Shown piece by piece: positions 10,679 through 23,093 of a DNA stretch of 32,000 bases (position 1 is the stretch's first letter; the number at the start of each line of letters is the position of its first letter). Under the pieces are notes generated by a model, which saw only the letters and a list, made by a program, of their open reading frames with translations, was not told the origin of the DNA and ran no database searches. A program made the position numbers and the translations under genes. Origin of the DNA: a cyanobacterium endosymbiont of Epithemia clementina EcSB (GTDB lineage Bacteria; Cyanobacteriota; Cyanobacteriia; Cyanobacteriales; Microcystaceae); NCBI RefSeq assembly GCF_029919255.1, contig NZ_CP123991.1, positions 2,890,434 to 2,922,433 on the forward strand, read 5' to 3'.

Positions 10679-13600
10679 ATGATTCCCCTCGAACTTAGCC
10701 TGAAAAACTTTCTTAGCTATCGAGAAGCAACCCTAAATTTTAGAGGGTTACATACAGCCTGTATCTGTGGTGCAAATGGTGCAGGAAAATCATCTTTACT
10801 CGAAGCAATTACCTGGGTGATTTGGGGTAAAAGTCGCGCCGTAGTTGATGATGATGTTATTTATACAGGATGTAACTATGTGCGAGTTGATTTTCAATTT
10901 ATTAGTAATCAAGAAGTTTATCGAATCATCCGTAATCGTCATCGAGGACGTAGTAGTCATCTAGAATTTCAAATAGAAAGTTCAGGAGAATTTCGTTCAT
11001 TGACTAGCAAAGGAATACGAGCTACTCAAGAAAAAATAGTTTTCTCCTTAAAACTGGATTATGAAACGTTTATTAATTCAGCATATTTACGTCAAGGAAG
11101 AGCTGATGAATTTATGCTACGTCGCCCAATAGAACGAAAACAAATATTAGCAGATTTATTAAAGCTTGGACAGTATCAAGAATTATCTAATCGAGCTAAG
11201 GATTTATCTAAACAATATCAAGGACAAGCTCAACACATTGAATTAAGTCTAGTACCTATAAAAGAAAAATTAGAAAAGAAAAAAGATATTCAAGGACAAC
11301 AGTTAACTCTATCCGAACGGATACAAAAACTTCAACTTAATCAAGAAAAGCAAAAAAATCAACTCCAGCAACTTCAACGAGAAGAACAGCAGAGAAAAAC
11401 TTGGTATAACCAATTAGATTGGCAAGAACAACAATATAAAAAACTAGAAAAAGACAAACAAAGATTACAAAAGGAAAAGAACGAAATTAATCAACAGCTG
11501 CATCGTCTTATAATAATTACAAATCAAGAAGATAATATTCTTAAAGGTTGCCAGAAATTATTAGAATTACAAAAGGAAGAAAAAAGCTTATCTCTTAAGT
11601 TTAAAGTTCATCAAGATAATACTAAAAGACAACAATTATTAACCCAAAAGCTAAATAAAAAACATAATGTAATTGAGTTACAAATTCATCAAGCTAAAAC
11701 TCAGTTAGATATATTAGAGCGAGAAGAAAAAGAACTGCAGTATATTCTTAAGAATTCCGATGAAGTCAAAACTGCTTTGCAACATCTATCTAATCATCGT
11801 AGACACTTATACGAATTAGATAAGTTACAGCATAAAGTTACACCAATTCAACAAAAATACTACAATATACACTCTGAAATTGAACAAGTTAAGGCTAATT
11901 TAAAAGCCCAGCTAGAACAGCTTTATATTGCTGAAACTGATTGTTTGGAACAACTAGAAAAAATGCCAAAAATACGGGAATCTGTATCAGATCTTGATAC
12001 TAAAATACAAAATCTTGACAATAAAAAAAATTATCAAAAACGAGTGGAAGAAAAAGGTCAAAAACAAAAAGAGTATCAAAAAATACTCAAAGAAAATCAG
12101 CGACACTTTGAAGAAAAAATTGAAGAATTAAAACAAAAACTACAAAAACTAAACGTTCCAAATTCAATTTGCCCTCTATGTGAACAGCCATTAAATGACA
12201 CTCATCTTAATCAAATTTTTAGAAAAACTCAGTTGCAGGAACAAGAAATTAAAGATAAAATTTGGATGTTACAAGAACAGATATCTCTTGTAGAAAAAGA
12301 ATTGAAAATACTAAGAATAGAATATACTCAATTAAATAAAGACTTAGCTGATTATCCTTCATTACAGAAAAAAATTGGACAATTAGAAGCACAACTAGAA
12401 ACTTTTGAAAAAGTTAATTTTAAACTTAAACAAGTTAGAGAAAAAATTCAAAAAATTGAACAAAAATTGACTGAAAATAGCTATTGTATAGATTTACAAT
12501 CTGAACTTAATACTCTAAATCAAGAACTAAAACATCTCAATTATGACGAGCAAACCCATGCTTTAGTTAGAGGAGAAGTCGAACGATTGCGTAAAGTAGA
12601 AATTAGACAAGCTAAACTAGAAGATGCGAATCGCCGTCAGTCAATTATTTCACAACAAAAACCCCAACTTATTCAAAAAATATCTGCTCTTAAGCAAGAA
12701 ATAAAAAACTTACATCAAACCTCAAAGATTAAACAAGAGCTTGAGGAAATAGAACAATCAATTCAAAATTTAGGCTATCAAAATTCAAATCACCAGGAAT
12801 TACTAAAGTCTCTTCGTGAGTCCCAGTCTTGGGAACTAAAATTTCAAGAATTGCAACAAGCAAAACAACAATATCCCGAATTACAAAAACGGTTAGAAAT
12901 TGTAGAAATACGACTAAACGATAACCTTACTGAACAAAATAAAATTAAACAAGAAATTGATATCTTATCTTTTAAGATAAAATCCACAATGGATCAAAGA
13001 GAAATAATTACTGTCCTAGAAAAAAGCATCCAAATTCAACGACAAAAATTAGATGAGTTGTTAGCAAACCAAGGAAGATTAGAACAATCTATTTCTCAAT
13101 TAGAAAGTGTTAAACAACAATTTACTGATGATAAAAAACAGCTTAAAGATATCTATAGGAAATATCGTGTTTACACAGAATTAGCTCAAGCATTTGGGAA
13201 AAACGGCATCCAAGCATTAATGATCGAAAATATTTTACCTCAATTAGAAGCTGAAACTAATCAAATTCTTGCTCGCTTAACGGATAATCAACTTCATATT
13301 CAATTCTTTACTCAAAGAAAAGGACGTAGTGGTAGTTCTCGGAAGAAAACTACAAAAGTTATTGATACTTTAGATATTTTAATTTCTGATTCTCAAGGAA
13401 CTCGTTCATATGAAACTTATTCGGGTGGGGAAGCATTTAGAATTAATTTTTCTATTCGTTTAGCTTTAGCAAAGTTACTAGCACAACAGGCAGGAACTTC
13501 TTTACAAATGCTCATTGTTGATGAAGGATTTGGAACCCAAGATGCTCAAGGTTGTGAGCAATTAGTTGCAGCAATTAATGCTATTGCTTCAGACTTTTCT

Positions 13601-13705
13601 TGTATTTTAAGTGTCACTCATATGCCACGATTCAAAGAAGCTTTTCAATGTCGTATTGAAGTATATAAAGACAATCAAGGATCTCAATTAGAGTTAGTTA
13701 GTTGA
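10679..13705 (+). CDS. sbcC: SbcC/Rad50-type SMC-like nuclease ATPase subunit
   Basis: 1008 aa; Walker A GANGAGKSSLLEA, long coiled coils, CPLC zinc hook (SICPLCEQPL), signature YSGGEAFRINFSIRLALAKLL, Walker B MLIVDEGFGTQD. Confidence 0.95.
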   Translation: MIPLELSLKNFLSYREATLNFRGLHTACICGANGAGKSSLLEAITWVIWGKSRAVVDDDVIYTGCNYVRVDFQFISNQEVYRIIRNRHRGRSSHLEFQIESSGEFRSLTSKGIRATQEKIVFSLKLDYETFINSAYLRQGRADEFMLRRPIERKQILADLLKLGQYQELSNRAKDLSKQYQGQAQHIELSLVPIKEKLEKKKDIQGQQLTLSERIQKLQLNQEKQKNQLQQLQREEQQRKTWYNQLDWQEQQYKKLEKDKQRLQKEKNEINQQLHRLIIITNQEDNILKGCQKLLELQKEEKSLSLKFKVHQDNTKRQQLLTQKLNKKHNVIELQIHQAKTQLDILEREEKELQYILKNSDEVKTALQHLSNHRRHLYELDKLQHKVTPIQQKYYNIHSEIEQVKANLKAQLEQLYIAETDCLEQLEKMPKIRESVSDLDTKIQNLDNKKNYQKRVEEKGQKQKEYQKILKENQRHFEEKIEELKQKLQKLNVPNSICPLCEQPLNDTHLNQIFRKTQLQEQEIKDKIWMLQEQISLVEKELKILRIEYTQLNKDLADYPSLQKKIGQLEAQLETFEKVNFKLKQVREKIQKIEQKLTENSYCIDLQSELNTLNQELKHLNYDEQTHALVRGEVERLRKVEIRQAKLEDANRRQSIISQQKPQLIQKISALKQEIKNLHQTSKIKQELEEIEQSIQNLGYQNSNHQELLKSLRESQSWELKFQELQQAKQQYPELQKRLEIVEIRLNDNLTEQNKIKQEIDILSFKIKSTMDQREIITVLEKSIQIQRQKLDELLANQGRLEQSISQLESVKQQFTDDKKQLKDIYRKYRVYTELAQAFGKNGIQALMIENILPQLEAETNQILARLTDNQLHIQFFTQRKGRSGSSRKKTTKVIDTLDILISDSQGTRSYETYSGGEAFRINFSIRLALAKLLAQQAGTSLQMLIVDEGFGTQDAQGCEQLVAAINAIASDFSCILSVTHMPRFKEAFQCRIEVYKDNQGSQLELVS

Positions 13706-13811
13706 GTAGATATAAATAATTTAATATATATTACTTGAATTGATATCTTTAAAAGTAACTTTTATTTGATAAATGTAGTTCTACTAAACTGCTCATATAG
13801 AATATATTAGT

Positions 13812-13990
13812 TAAATACCAATTTAAAAAACTTCAGAGTTGAAAATTTGCAAAATCTCTTAATCTATAAGCTCTCCTTTAAATCAACTTAAATTTATTGT
13901 TAATACCTTCTAATGTTCCTTCCAAAAAAAGGAAATAATTTTTCTAATTTAATACCAATTAAACAGCCTTTTAGCTGTAATAAGTGAGTT
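13812..13990 (-). mobile_element. ISL3-like transposase remnant, C-terminal end
   Basis: Reverse translation LEGINNKFKLI*RRAYRLRDFANFQL*SFLNWYL, matching the ISL3-type C-terminal pattern (VEGINNKLKLIKRRxYGFRNFxNFRxRxLL) with stops. Confidence 0.75.
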
Positions 13991-15534
13991 CTTAAAAACA
14001 TAAATTAGTTAATTTTTACAGTCCTGATACCTAAATTTGAGTCTTTTTTGAAAATTGTTCTAAATTATTCTTAAAATTGGTGTTTTAAAAGAAAAAAAGT
14101 AACATTACATAAATCTATATATAACTTAATTTTTAATTTTTTGCTTATTTCTTTTTAAGAAAATTTACTATTATTTGATTCTATATTTTTTAGGTTTTAA
14201 TTTAATTTTTAAGTTTTGTAGCTTTTTATTTAATAGGTTTTAAAATAAGCTAATTAAGCATTTACTTGTTTGATGACATAAAACATAGTTGCTAGTACTT
14301 TAGCTTATAACATTTATTTATTAAAAAGATTTAATAGGATGGTGTGAGATCTAGACTAATCTATTTAATCTTCCTCAAAATCTCTTTCTCCCAAACTTCT
14401 GACTATTTTGCTCTTTTTTAAAATTTTCTTACTTTTGTAATTATTACCATCATTCCTTTATGTAAATTTACCAACACTATATGATAGTAAATATGGTAAT
14501 GAAAACTAATTTATAATGAGAGGGTAATATTCTCAATATAAATGATATATCTAAAATATTATTTAGTTTCACTAAATAGTTTATCGGAATCAAAAAAATA
14601 GTACTTTTTTTTGAAAAAATCTTGGAAAGAAACTATAAAAAAATCTTGCTATAATCATATTTTATTCTTAATAACAAGAAAATTTTAAAAAATAAATAAT
14701 TAAAAATTTTCAAGATAAGAATTAAAAGCAAAGAGACTAAACAAACTTTATTAGTGAATAAAGTTTCTAAAAAATTAACTCATAAGTTAAAATTAAAACC
14801 AGCAAATGGATGAATATGGACATAATCGACAGCAGCCAGTTGGACAGGTAAAAAAATGAGATTCCTGAAAAAAGTTTAGATACTCCTATCAGATTCTAAG
14901 ATCAAAATATAGAACTTTTTAAACAAGAAATATTTATTGCAAATCAACCTTTTTAAAAAACTATATGAAATATCTTCAGAAGTAGAAATAGATATATAGC
15001 TATTTTATGAACTTTAAGTCTACTTAAAGTTCATAAAAGAAAAGTTTTTAGTACTCTCATAGAAAGATTTACTGCGACGGTAACCTAGAGCTATCAATAT
15101 TTAGTTGTATATCTATATATTTATCAAATAACTAACATGATAAACCTTATAAAATTAAATTTCAATAAAAAATATAAAATGGTCGAATTTAGTTGATGAA
15201 TATTTGGCTAAAGATGTCAAACTATCTGAAAAGAGTTTTATTAAGAGAAGATAATGCCGAACGGCGTTGTAGCAAAAAGAGAAAAATTTCTTCAGGAATT
15301 ACTAGAGAATACTTGCTAGCTTGCTCTCCAGAATTAGAGTCAGCAGAAAAATGATAGACGTTAGCAGATGATTTTTGAGGTTATGAGTATTTTGAAATAA
15401 TTAATAAAATGGAAAAATTCTTGTTTGATTTTGGTAAGATTCTCAGTCAAATACAAAAAATTAAAAATTTTATCGATGATTTTAAGTTAAATATCCTGTG
15501 TTTTATACAGATAAAATGGCAATTGGATTCAATT

Positions 15535-15960
15535 TAATAACTTTCTTGTCTTTTAATCATGGCAATTTAATACAATGTAAACTTTTTAAACTTCTAAGTA
15601 AACTTCTAAGGTTTTGATATTTGTAATTTTTGACCTAAATATTCCAGTATTATCTTTTTTTCTTGTTCAATTACTCCATTTCTTTTGGCTACATCGTTAA
15701 CGTCATTATTTAAGACCTCTTCGATGATTTTTATATTTAATCTTTTTGAAGATATTCTTTTTTTTAAAAAAAAACCTTACTTTTCTGTAAACTTATTTTT
15801 ACATTGATTACAATTCATTTGACGATGATTAATCCTGAGATAGACGGCTTCCTCTTCTCAAGGTAAATCTTCGATAGTTAATTTTTAATTTTAATAAAAT
15901 TGAATGGTGGCTGAACTACAATCAATACGAGTTTCTATTTGGTCTATGTTTTCAATAAAT
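15535..15960 (-). mobile_element. ISL3-like transposase remnant, N-terminal and zinc-finger part
   Basis: Reverse translation LTIEDLP*EEEAVYLRINHRQMNCNQCKNKFTEK*GF... then KIIEEVLNNDVNDVAKRNGVIEQEKK. The low-coordinate end (ttactttcttgtcttttaatcatggcaattta) is near-identical to the 23.56 kb copy. Confidence 0.82.
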
Positions 15961-16685
15961 CAAACTATTCCTATATCATTTTTTATTTTATAAAAGGTAA
16001 TAATAAATTTTTCTAAATTTAAAATCTAATTTACTAAACTGAGTTTAGTTTGACTTTTTTAAGAAATAAGATTTGCTACAATGTAGTCTATACTATAATT
16101 ATATTTTTTGATAAGTTCATCATTGACAATCAAAATTTGCCTTTATTTTATAAAATTGTTGGTTATTATTAGTTCTTTTATTTTTTTTCTGAGCGCTCTC
16201 TCTTTAAGGGATTTTATGTCTTTTTTTTCTAAATTATTTCTTTTTACTTCTTGGATAATCCAACAATCCTTCTTTTCTTTGAAAAATTGATCTAGGAATT
16301 ATTTTCCTAAAAAATATTTTCTGATAGATTTCTCAAATCTGTGATCCCCTTACCTTCTTATCCTCTTGGATTTAAATATAATATTTTTGCCATTTTTCTT
16401 GAAGATTATTTTTAGATTGTTAGTGAACTTTGATGTTTCTTGACTTTCCCAATTTTATTAGCTTAATTTTTTAGCAGGCTGACATCTAGTGAGCGCTTTT
16501 CTTCAACTATTTTTTTGCACCACATTCGTTCAAGCTCATCTGCTTAACTATTTAACAATATCCCTACTGATTCTTTGTAGCAAACCTAAAGGAAATTTTA
16601 CATATAAAATTTCAAAACTTCTTAGTCTTATTTAATCATTTAGAAGAATAGGATAAATTTACTAATTTCTCTTAGGTAAAAAGAC

Positions 16686-18179
16686 TCACACTTTTGCTTC
16701 TTCTAAAAGGAGCTTAGAGCGCTTAATTCTTTCGGGAATGCTAACAGGATAGTCTCCGGTAAAACAAGCAGAACAGAAACTATCGGGATCTTCGCCCGTT
16801 ACTTCTAACATTCCTCTCCAACTCAGATAAGCCAAAGAATCCACTCCTATTTGTCTTGCAATATCAGGAATAGACTTGGTGGCTGCCACTAACTGAGTTT
16901 GGTTGTCAGTGTCAATGCCATAAAAACACGGATGAGTGACAGGGGCGGAAGAAATCCTCATGTGTATTTCTTTAGCACCAGCATCACGCAAGGCTTTAAC
17001 AATTTTACGACTGGTGGTTCCTCTTACAATAGAATCATCCACTATGATTACTCGTTTATCTGCAAGTACATCTTTAAGGGGATTTAACTTCATTTTAATC
17101 CCCGACTCTCGCATCTGTTGAGTGGGTTGGATAAACGTCCTTCCTACATAACGATTTTTGATTAATCCTTCCCCGTAAGGAATTCCTGATACTTGGGAAA
17201 ATCCAATAGCTGCCGGAATACCAGAATCAGGAACTCCCATAACTAAATCAGCTTCAACAGTAGATTCTCGTGCCAATTTTTGCCCTAAACGTACCCGATA
17301 ACTGTACAGAGTTTCACCGTGCATTATGCTATCAGGACGGGAAAAATAAATCATTTCAAAAATACATAATTTCCGTTTCGGTTGAGTTACCCAGTGGAAA
17401 GATGATAAACCATTTTCGGTAATCCAAACTAATTCTCCTGGTTCTACATCCCGTAGATAGTCTGCTCCAATAATATCTAAGGCACAAGTTTCCGAGGCAA
17501 GGACATAACGAACAGGATTTCCTTCTAAAATACCGATGACTAAGGGACGGATACCGTTAGGATCTCTTACCCCCATTAATCCCGCTGGAGTTCCAATGGC
17601 TAAGCTATAGGCTCCAGAACATAATTGAAACGAACTAATAGCTGCTTCTAACCAGTCTTTGCCCTCATTGACCTCTTGGGCAATGGCTACTGCAATCATC
17701 TCTGAGTCGGTGCTAGTATCAAAGTGGCAGCCTCGTTTTTTTAGGATTTGACGTAATTCTATGGTATTGACAAGATTGCCGTTGTGTGCCAGGGATAAGT
17801 GACCTAGACGGGTATTGAGAACAGCTGGTTGAGCGTTAGCTTTTTGGCTAGATCCTGTAGTTGAATAGCGGGTATGTCCAACGGCTATATTCCCAGTCAA
17901 TTCATCTAAGATAGATTCTTTAAAAACTTGGGAGACTAACCCCATGTCTTTGTAAATGTGAACACCATCCTCATCTAAAGTAGCAATTCCGGCTGATTCT
18001 TGCCCTCGATGTTGCAGGGCATAAAGTCCAAAATATGTCAATTTTGCAACGACTTTCTCGGGGGCATAAAGTCCAAAAATACCACAGGCTTCTTCTGGTT
18101 TTTCAGAGGCTAGATAGAGAGAGTCAATGGTGTCAGTTATTTGCTGATGATCATTAAAAATCTGGTCGTTAGCAGTCAT
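16686..18179 (-). CDS. purF: Amidophosphoribosyltransferase
   Basis: EEACGIFGLYAPEKV...LQHRGQESAGIAT (class II glutaminase) and VIIVDDSIVRGTTSRKIV (PRTase site); 497 aa. Confidence 0.97.
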   Translation of the reverse strand: MTANDQIFNDHQQITDTIDSLYLASEKPEEACGIFGLYAPEKVVAKLTYFGLYALQHRGQESAGIATLDEDGVHIYKDMGLVSQVFKESILDELTGNIAVGHTRYSTTGSSQKANAQPAVLNTRLGHLSLAHNGNLVNTIELRQILKKRGCHFDTSTDSEMIAVAIAQEVNEGKDWLEAAISSFQLCSGAYSLAIGTPAGLMGVRDPNGIRPLVIGILEGNPVRYVLASETCALDIIGADYLRDVEPGELVWITENGLSSFHWVTQPKRKLCIFEMIYFSRPDSIMHGETLYSYRVRLGQKLARESTVEADLVMGVPDSGIPAAIGFSQVSGIPYGEGLIKNRYVGRTFIQPTQQMRESGIKMKLNPLKDVLADKRVIIVDDSIVRGTTSRKIVKALRDAGAKEIHMRISSAPVTHPCFYGIDTDNQTQLVAATKSIPDIARQIGVDSLAYLSWRGMLEVTGEDPDSFCSACFTGDYPVSIPERIKRSKLLLEEAKV

Positions 18180-18584
18180 GGATAGGATTTTGCTCCTGAA
18201 AGAGGCGGTCTGGCGATTTTAGCTGAAATTGGTCTAGTTAAGAATATTACGAACGGACTTTAATAGTTTTTTAACCTAGTCTTACCAAAGTTTTTATCTA
18301 GGGTTAAACGATTATAAGGTGTGGCCATCTAATTTGTATAGACCAGCTATATTGATTTAAATTGTTTCTAACTTAAAATTAACATTGGATGCTCAAAATG
18401 ACCAATGTTTTTTACAAAAACCATTGTAACGTTAATCAAAAATCTACGATTAATTATGTTTATGTGTATTTTTAAAATTTTCTATGATATTTAATTTAGT
18501 TTATGAGAACGTTAAGTTTTGTATAAACACCTAAAAAATCAAAGCATAAATCTCTGTTAGAGATGTTTATACTTTAATTGAAAT

Positions 18585-20891
18585 TTAAATTTTCAACTGT
18601 TTTTCAATTGCTGTTGACCAGGTTTCAAGCATTGGTTCGATATCTAAGTTAATCAAAGATAAGTTGTCAGAAATAGTGATGTTTAAACTCTTAGCAGAAG
18701 TTCGACCTATTTTTTGCCAATCTTGGTTTAACTCTTGATTTAAATAGTTTTCCAATTTATCTTGATTAATGGGACTAGTAGAAACAATTATTTGTCCAGT
18801 TACCTCTCCAAATAATAACTCATCAAGTCGTTTTTTATCTTCCACTTGTAGAAAAATCTCTGCTCCTAATCTACCGCTAATGCAACACTCTGCCAAGGCA
18901 ACACCTAGTCCACCTTCTGAACAATCGTGAGCAGATTTTACCCAACCTTGACGAATGGCATTACGGCATACTTTTTGGACTAGAATTTCAGTATTAATGT
19001 TTACTTTAGGTGGCTTTCCTGCTACTATCCCGTGTAAGCTTGCTAAGTATTCTGACCCTCCTAAGGTAGGCCTATTTCCTATTCCCAAAACATAAATTAA
19101 ATCCCCTACTTTTTGCCAGCCTTGACCACATATTTTTGTGATGTCAGGAATTAATCCCACCATTCCTATGACTGGAGTAGGATAAATAGGTTGAGGTTTT
19201 CCGGCAGAATCAAGGGTTTCATTGTAAAGGGAAACATTCCCCCCAGTAACCGGAGTATTTAAATCTCGACAAGCTTCAGAAATACCTTCACAAGCTAAAG
19301 CTAATTGCCAATATCCAGTAGGGTTTTCAGGACTACCAAAATTGAGATTATCCGTGACTGCTAACGGTTCTGCTCCCACACAACTTAAATTCCTCGCAGC
19401 CTCAGCTACAGCGGCTTTCGCCCCTTCGTAGGGGTCAAGATAAACATAACGGGAATTACAGTCGGTGGTAGCCGCAACCCCAATTTTACAAGTGTTGGGG
19501 TTTGCTTCAATAGGACGAATACGAATTATTGCCGCATCAGCCTCTCCAGGCAAGATCACAGTATTATTCTGAACCTGGTGATCATATTGGCGATAGACCC
19601 ATTTTTTTGAAGCAATAGTGGGAGTATCTAATAAGTCTAAAAGGATTTCATCCCAGGTTTTTAATTGATTGTTAATCTCAATCCCATTTACTGTACAATC
19701 AGGTAAACTTTCAGCCGTCCACTGCCAAGCTCTCTGGGCATATTTAGGGGGATCTTTTAGTAGTTCTCGATGATAAATAGGGGTATCATTTGCTAAGGCT
19801 GTGGCTGGAATTTCAGCAGCAATTTCCCCTTTAAATAAAATCCTAACAATGGGTTCACTAATAACGGTTCCAGCAACCACTGCTTGAAGTCCCCAACGGT
19901 GAAAAATCTCAATTAATTCTTGTTCCCTACCTTTGTGGGCAACAAATAACATTCTTTCTTGGGACTCCGACAACAAGTATTCATAGGGAACCATACCGGT
20001 TTCTCTTACAGGAATCTTATCTAAGTCTAATTCAACTCCCACCCTTCCATTAGCTGCCATCTCTGAGGTGGAACAAGTAATTCCTGCTGCACCCATATCT
20101 TGGGCGGCGACAACTGCACCAGTTTTAAAGGCTTCTAAACAGGCCTCAATTAAGGATTTTTCTAAAAAAGGATCTCCCACCTGTACTGCCGGGCGATCGT
20201 CCATAGACTGGACCGTAAGTTCCGCACTAGCAAAACTCGCTCCTCCCATGCCATCTCTTCCAGTAGTTGAACCGATGTATAAAACTGGGTTGCCGATGCC
20301 TGATGCCCCAGATTTAACGATTTCGGAAGTTTCCATCAACCCCAGGGCCATAGTGTTAACTAGAGGATTGCCGCTATAAGCAGTATTAAAATAAATTTCA
20401 CCTCCGATAGTGGGAACTCCAACCGCATTACCATAATGAGAGATTCCTTCAACTACCCCGACAAACAATCTTCTAGTTTTGGCGTCTTCCAAATTACCAA
20501 AACGTAGAGAGTTCAAACAAGCTATGGGACGCGCTCCCATGGTAAAGATATCTCTGAGGATACCACCGACCCCTGTGGCTGCCCCTTGAAAAGGCTCGAC
20601 CGCAGAGGGATGGTTATGAGATTCAATTTTAAAGGCTAATTGTAGTCCATCCTCCAAATATACTACCCCTGCATTTTCTCCTGGCCCAACGAGAATATGA
20701 TCGCCTTTTGTGGGGAATTGTTTGAGCAAGGGGCGAGAATTTTTATAACAACAGTGTTCTGACCACATGACCCCAAACATTCCTAATTCGGCCTTGTTAG
20801 GGTGGCGCCCTAGTCTTCGAACAATTTCTTCATATTCTTCGGGTTTTATACCTTCTGCGGCGATTTCTTCTAAGTCAAAGGGGTTAATCAT
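18585..20891 (-). CDS. purL: Phosphoribosylformylglycinamidine synthase subunit II
   Basis: [60 protein letters not shown]...; 768 aa. Confidence 0.97.
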   Translation of the reverse strand: MINPFDLEEIAAEGIKPEEYEEIVRRLGRHPNKAELGMFGVMWSEHCCYKNSRPLLKQFPTKGDHILVGPGENAGVVYLEDGLQLAFKIESHNHPSAVEPFQGAATGVGGILRDIFTMGARPIACLNSLRFGNLEDAKTRRLFVGVVEGISHYGNAVGVPTIGGEIYFNTAYSGNPLVNTMALGLMETSEIVKSGASGIGNPVLYIGSTTGRDGMGGASFASAELTVQSMDDRPAVQVGDPFLEKSLIEACLEAFKTGAVVAAQDMGAAGITCSTSEMAANGRVGVELDLDKIPVRETGMVPYEYLLSESQERMLFVAHKGREQELIEIFHRWGLQAVVAGTVISEPIVRILFKGEIAAEIPATALANDTPIYHRELLKDPPKYAQRAWQWTAESLPDCTVNGIEINNQLKTWDEILLDLLDTPTIASKKWVYRQYDHQVQNNTVILPGEADAAIIRIRPIEANPNTCKIGVAATTDCNSRYVYLDPYEGAKAAVAEAARNLSCVGAEPLAVTDNLNFGSPENPTGYWQLALACEGISEACRDLNTPVTGGNVSLYNETLDSAGKPQPIYPTPVIGMVGLIPDITKICGQGWQKVGDLIYVLGIGNRPTLGGSEYLASLHGIVAGKPPKVNINTEILVQKVCRNAIRQGWVKSAHDCSEGGLGVALAECCISGRLGAEIFLQVEDKKRLDELLFGEVTGQIIVSTSPINQDKLENYLNQELNQDWQKIGRTSAKSLNITISDNLSLINLDIEPMLETWSTAIEKQLKI

Positions 20892-21096
20892 AGAGGATTG
20901 CTTAGGATAACAGGGGTAATAAGGTAAGATAAATAGTGGTTACCGTTTAGAATTTACCAGCCGGATTAATCACTGGTCATATAGTTTAGACTCATTAGTT
21001 CGTTGTTGCTTAATTTTCTATTTCAAAATTTTCATTACTCTGTTTGAAATAAAAGTAGTAAGAATTCTTTCAAGAGGAATTACAACAATGTATGAC

Positions 21097-21126
21097 TGAT
21101 GATGTATCTTATATGATACATCATCA
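21097..21126. promoter_or_regulatory. Perfect 12-bp inverted repeat upstream of purL
   Basis: tgatgatgtatc (21097-21108) - ttatat - gatacatcatca (21115-21126). Confidence 0.5.
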
Positions 21127-22292
21127 ATTACCGCAATTACATTATAATTATTCCTACTATTAGTAGTGCAAAACTCTATACTACTAATGTTAATATTGAT
21201 ACTACTAATGTTTTTTGTTGTCTAGGAATAAATAAACTGAAAAAAAATAAAATCTGCCAACATTTTTTAAAACATAAAAATATGTTATGTATACTGTGCT
21301 GTTGCTACTTCGTGAGTGTTAGTTAAGCGACACTCCTCTATAAAATTACTTTTTTATATTTGTAATTTTATTTATTAAAGTTTTAAGTACTATTAGTATT
21401 CTTAGAATTTACAATAAACAACAAAATTAGTAATTGTAAAAATAAGATACTAGGAATTGAATAACAATAAGTATGTGTTAAAAAAATGAATTTTAAGAGT
21501 CGGATATTGACCAAGCTTAAAAAAAAATGTAAAGATTAATTGTTTAAATTTATCTAAGGAGATGTCTAGAGTTTAATAAGAAAAGTTTTTAATACAGATG
21601 GTTCTATAATTAGTTACTTGACTATTTAAAAACAGATTATTAGTGAGTTGTTTTTAACATCGTCTACCACGTTAGATAAAATAAGATCGTAAATTATAAT
21701 TAACTACAAAAGTAACACAGCAGAGCCAAGAGTATTATAGTTGGACTACTAAATTTAGTATAAAGTTCATTATTTAGTGTATCTAAAAAAACTAAAATAA
21801 AAACTATTGAAATAAATCAGGTTTTAAAATATCGTTTGTGCTGGGATAAATGGAGGTGTTTCAATAGAAAATGACGAGATTTTGCAAATAAATCAACTAG
21901 TTAGTTTTAAGATCAAATTTTCTGCTAAAATATTTCATAATTTAGTATTATCACATAAGTTAGAAATTTTTGTAGAGCAATAATTAGAATAAGGGAAAAA
22001 AGTAATTATAATTGACACCAGTCCATGCACTTTACAGATTCAAACAAAAGAGGTAGTTTTGTTTTTATTTAAATTGTTTGCGGATAAGAATTAGTGAAGA
22101 TATTTAAACAGTTAGAACCAGGCTTACAATCTACGAAAATATTTAGAGATTAATTATATTTACGTCAATATAAGTTCTCAGAAGGAAATAGAATACTTGA
22201 AGTCCGAGAAACTAAATGCAGAAAGAAAAGTAGTAACTTTTGATGGAAAGTATCTGTGATACTCTAGCCACTTTCGAATAAATGTTCCCTGA

Positions 22293-23093
<801 letters not shown>

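Noticed and set aside
10679-13705. sbcC considered as a component of a defence system
   Set aside because: It has normal SbcC features (Rad50-type hook CPLC, ABC signature) and no companion nuclease, helicase or other defence gene nearby.
16108-16290. 60-aa plus-strand ORF rich in Phe/Leu/Ser
   Set aside because: Low-complexity translation of AT-rich DNA; the opposite strand has more protein-like composition.
13706-16685. Searched for CRISPR arrays, tRNAs and other structured RNA in the largest gap
   Set aside because: No regularly spaced repeats, no tRNA T-arm (GGTTCRAATCC-like) signature, and no conserved RNA core seen by eye; a tRNAscan/Infernal run would be decisive.
20068-20379. 103-aa plus-strand ORF inside purL
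   Set aside because: Shadow frame of the intact purL.
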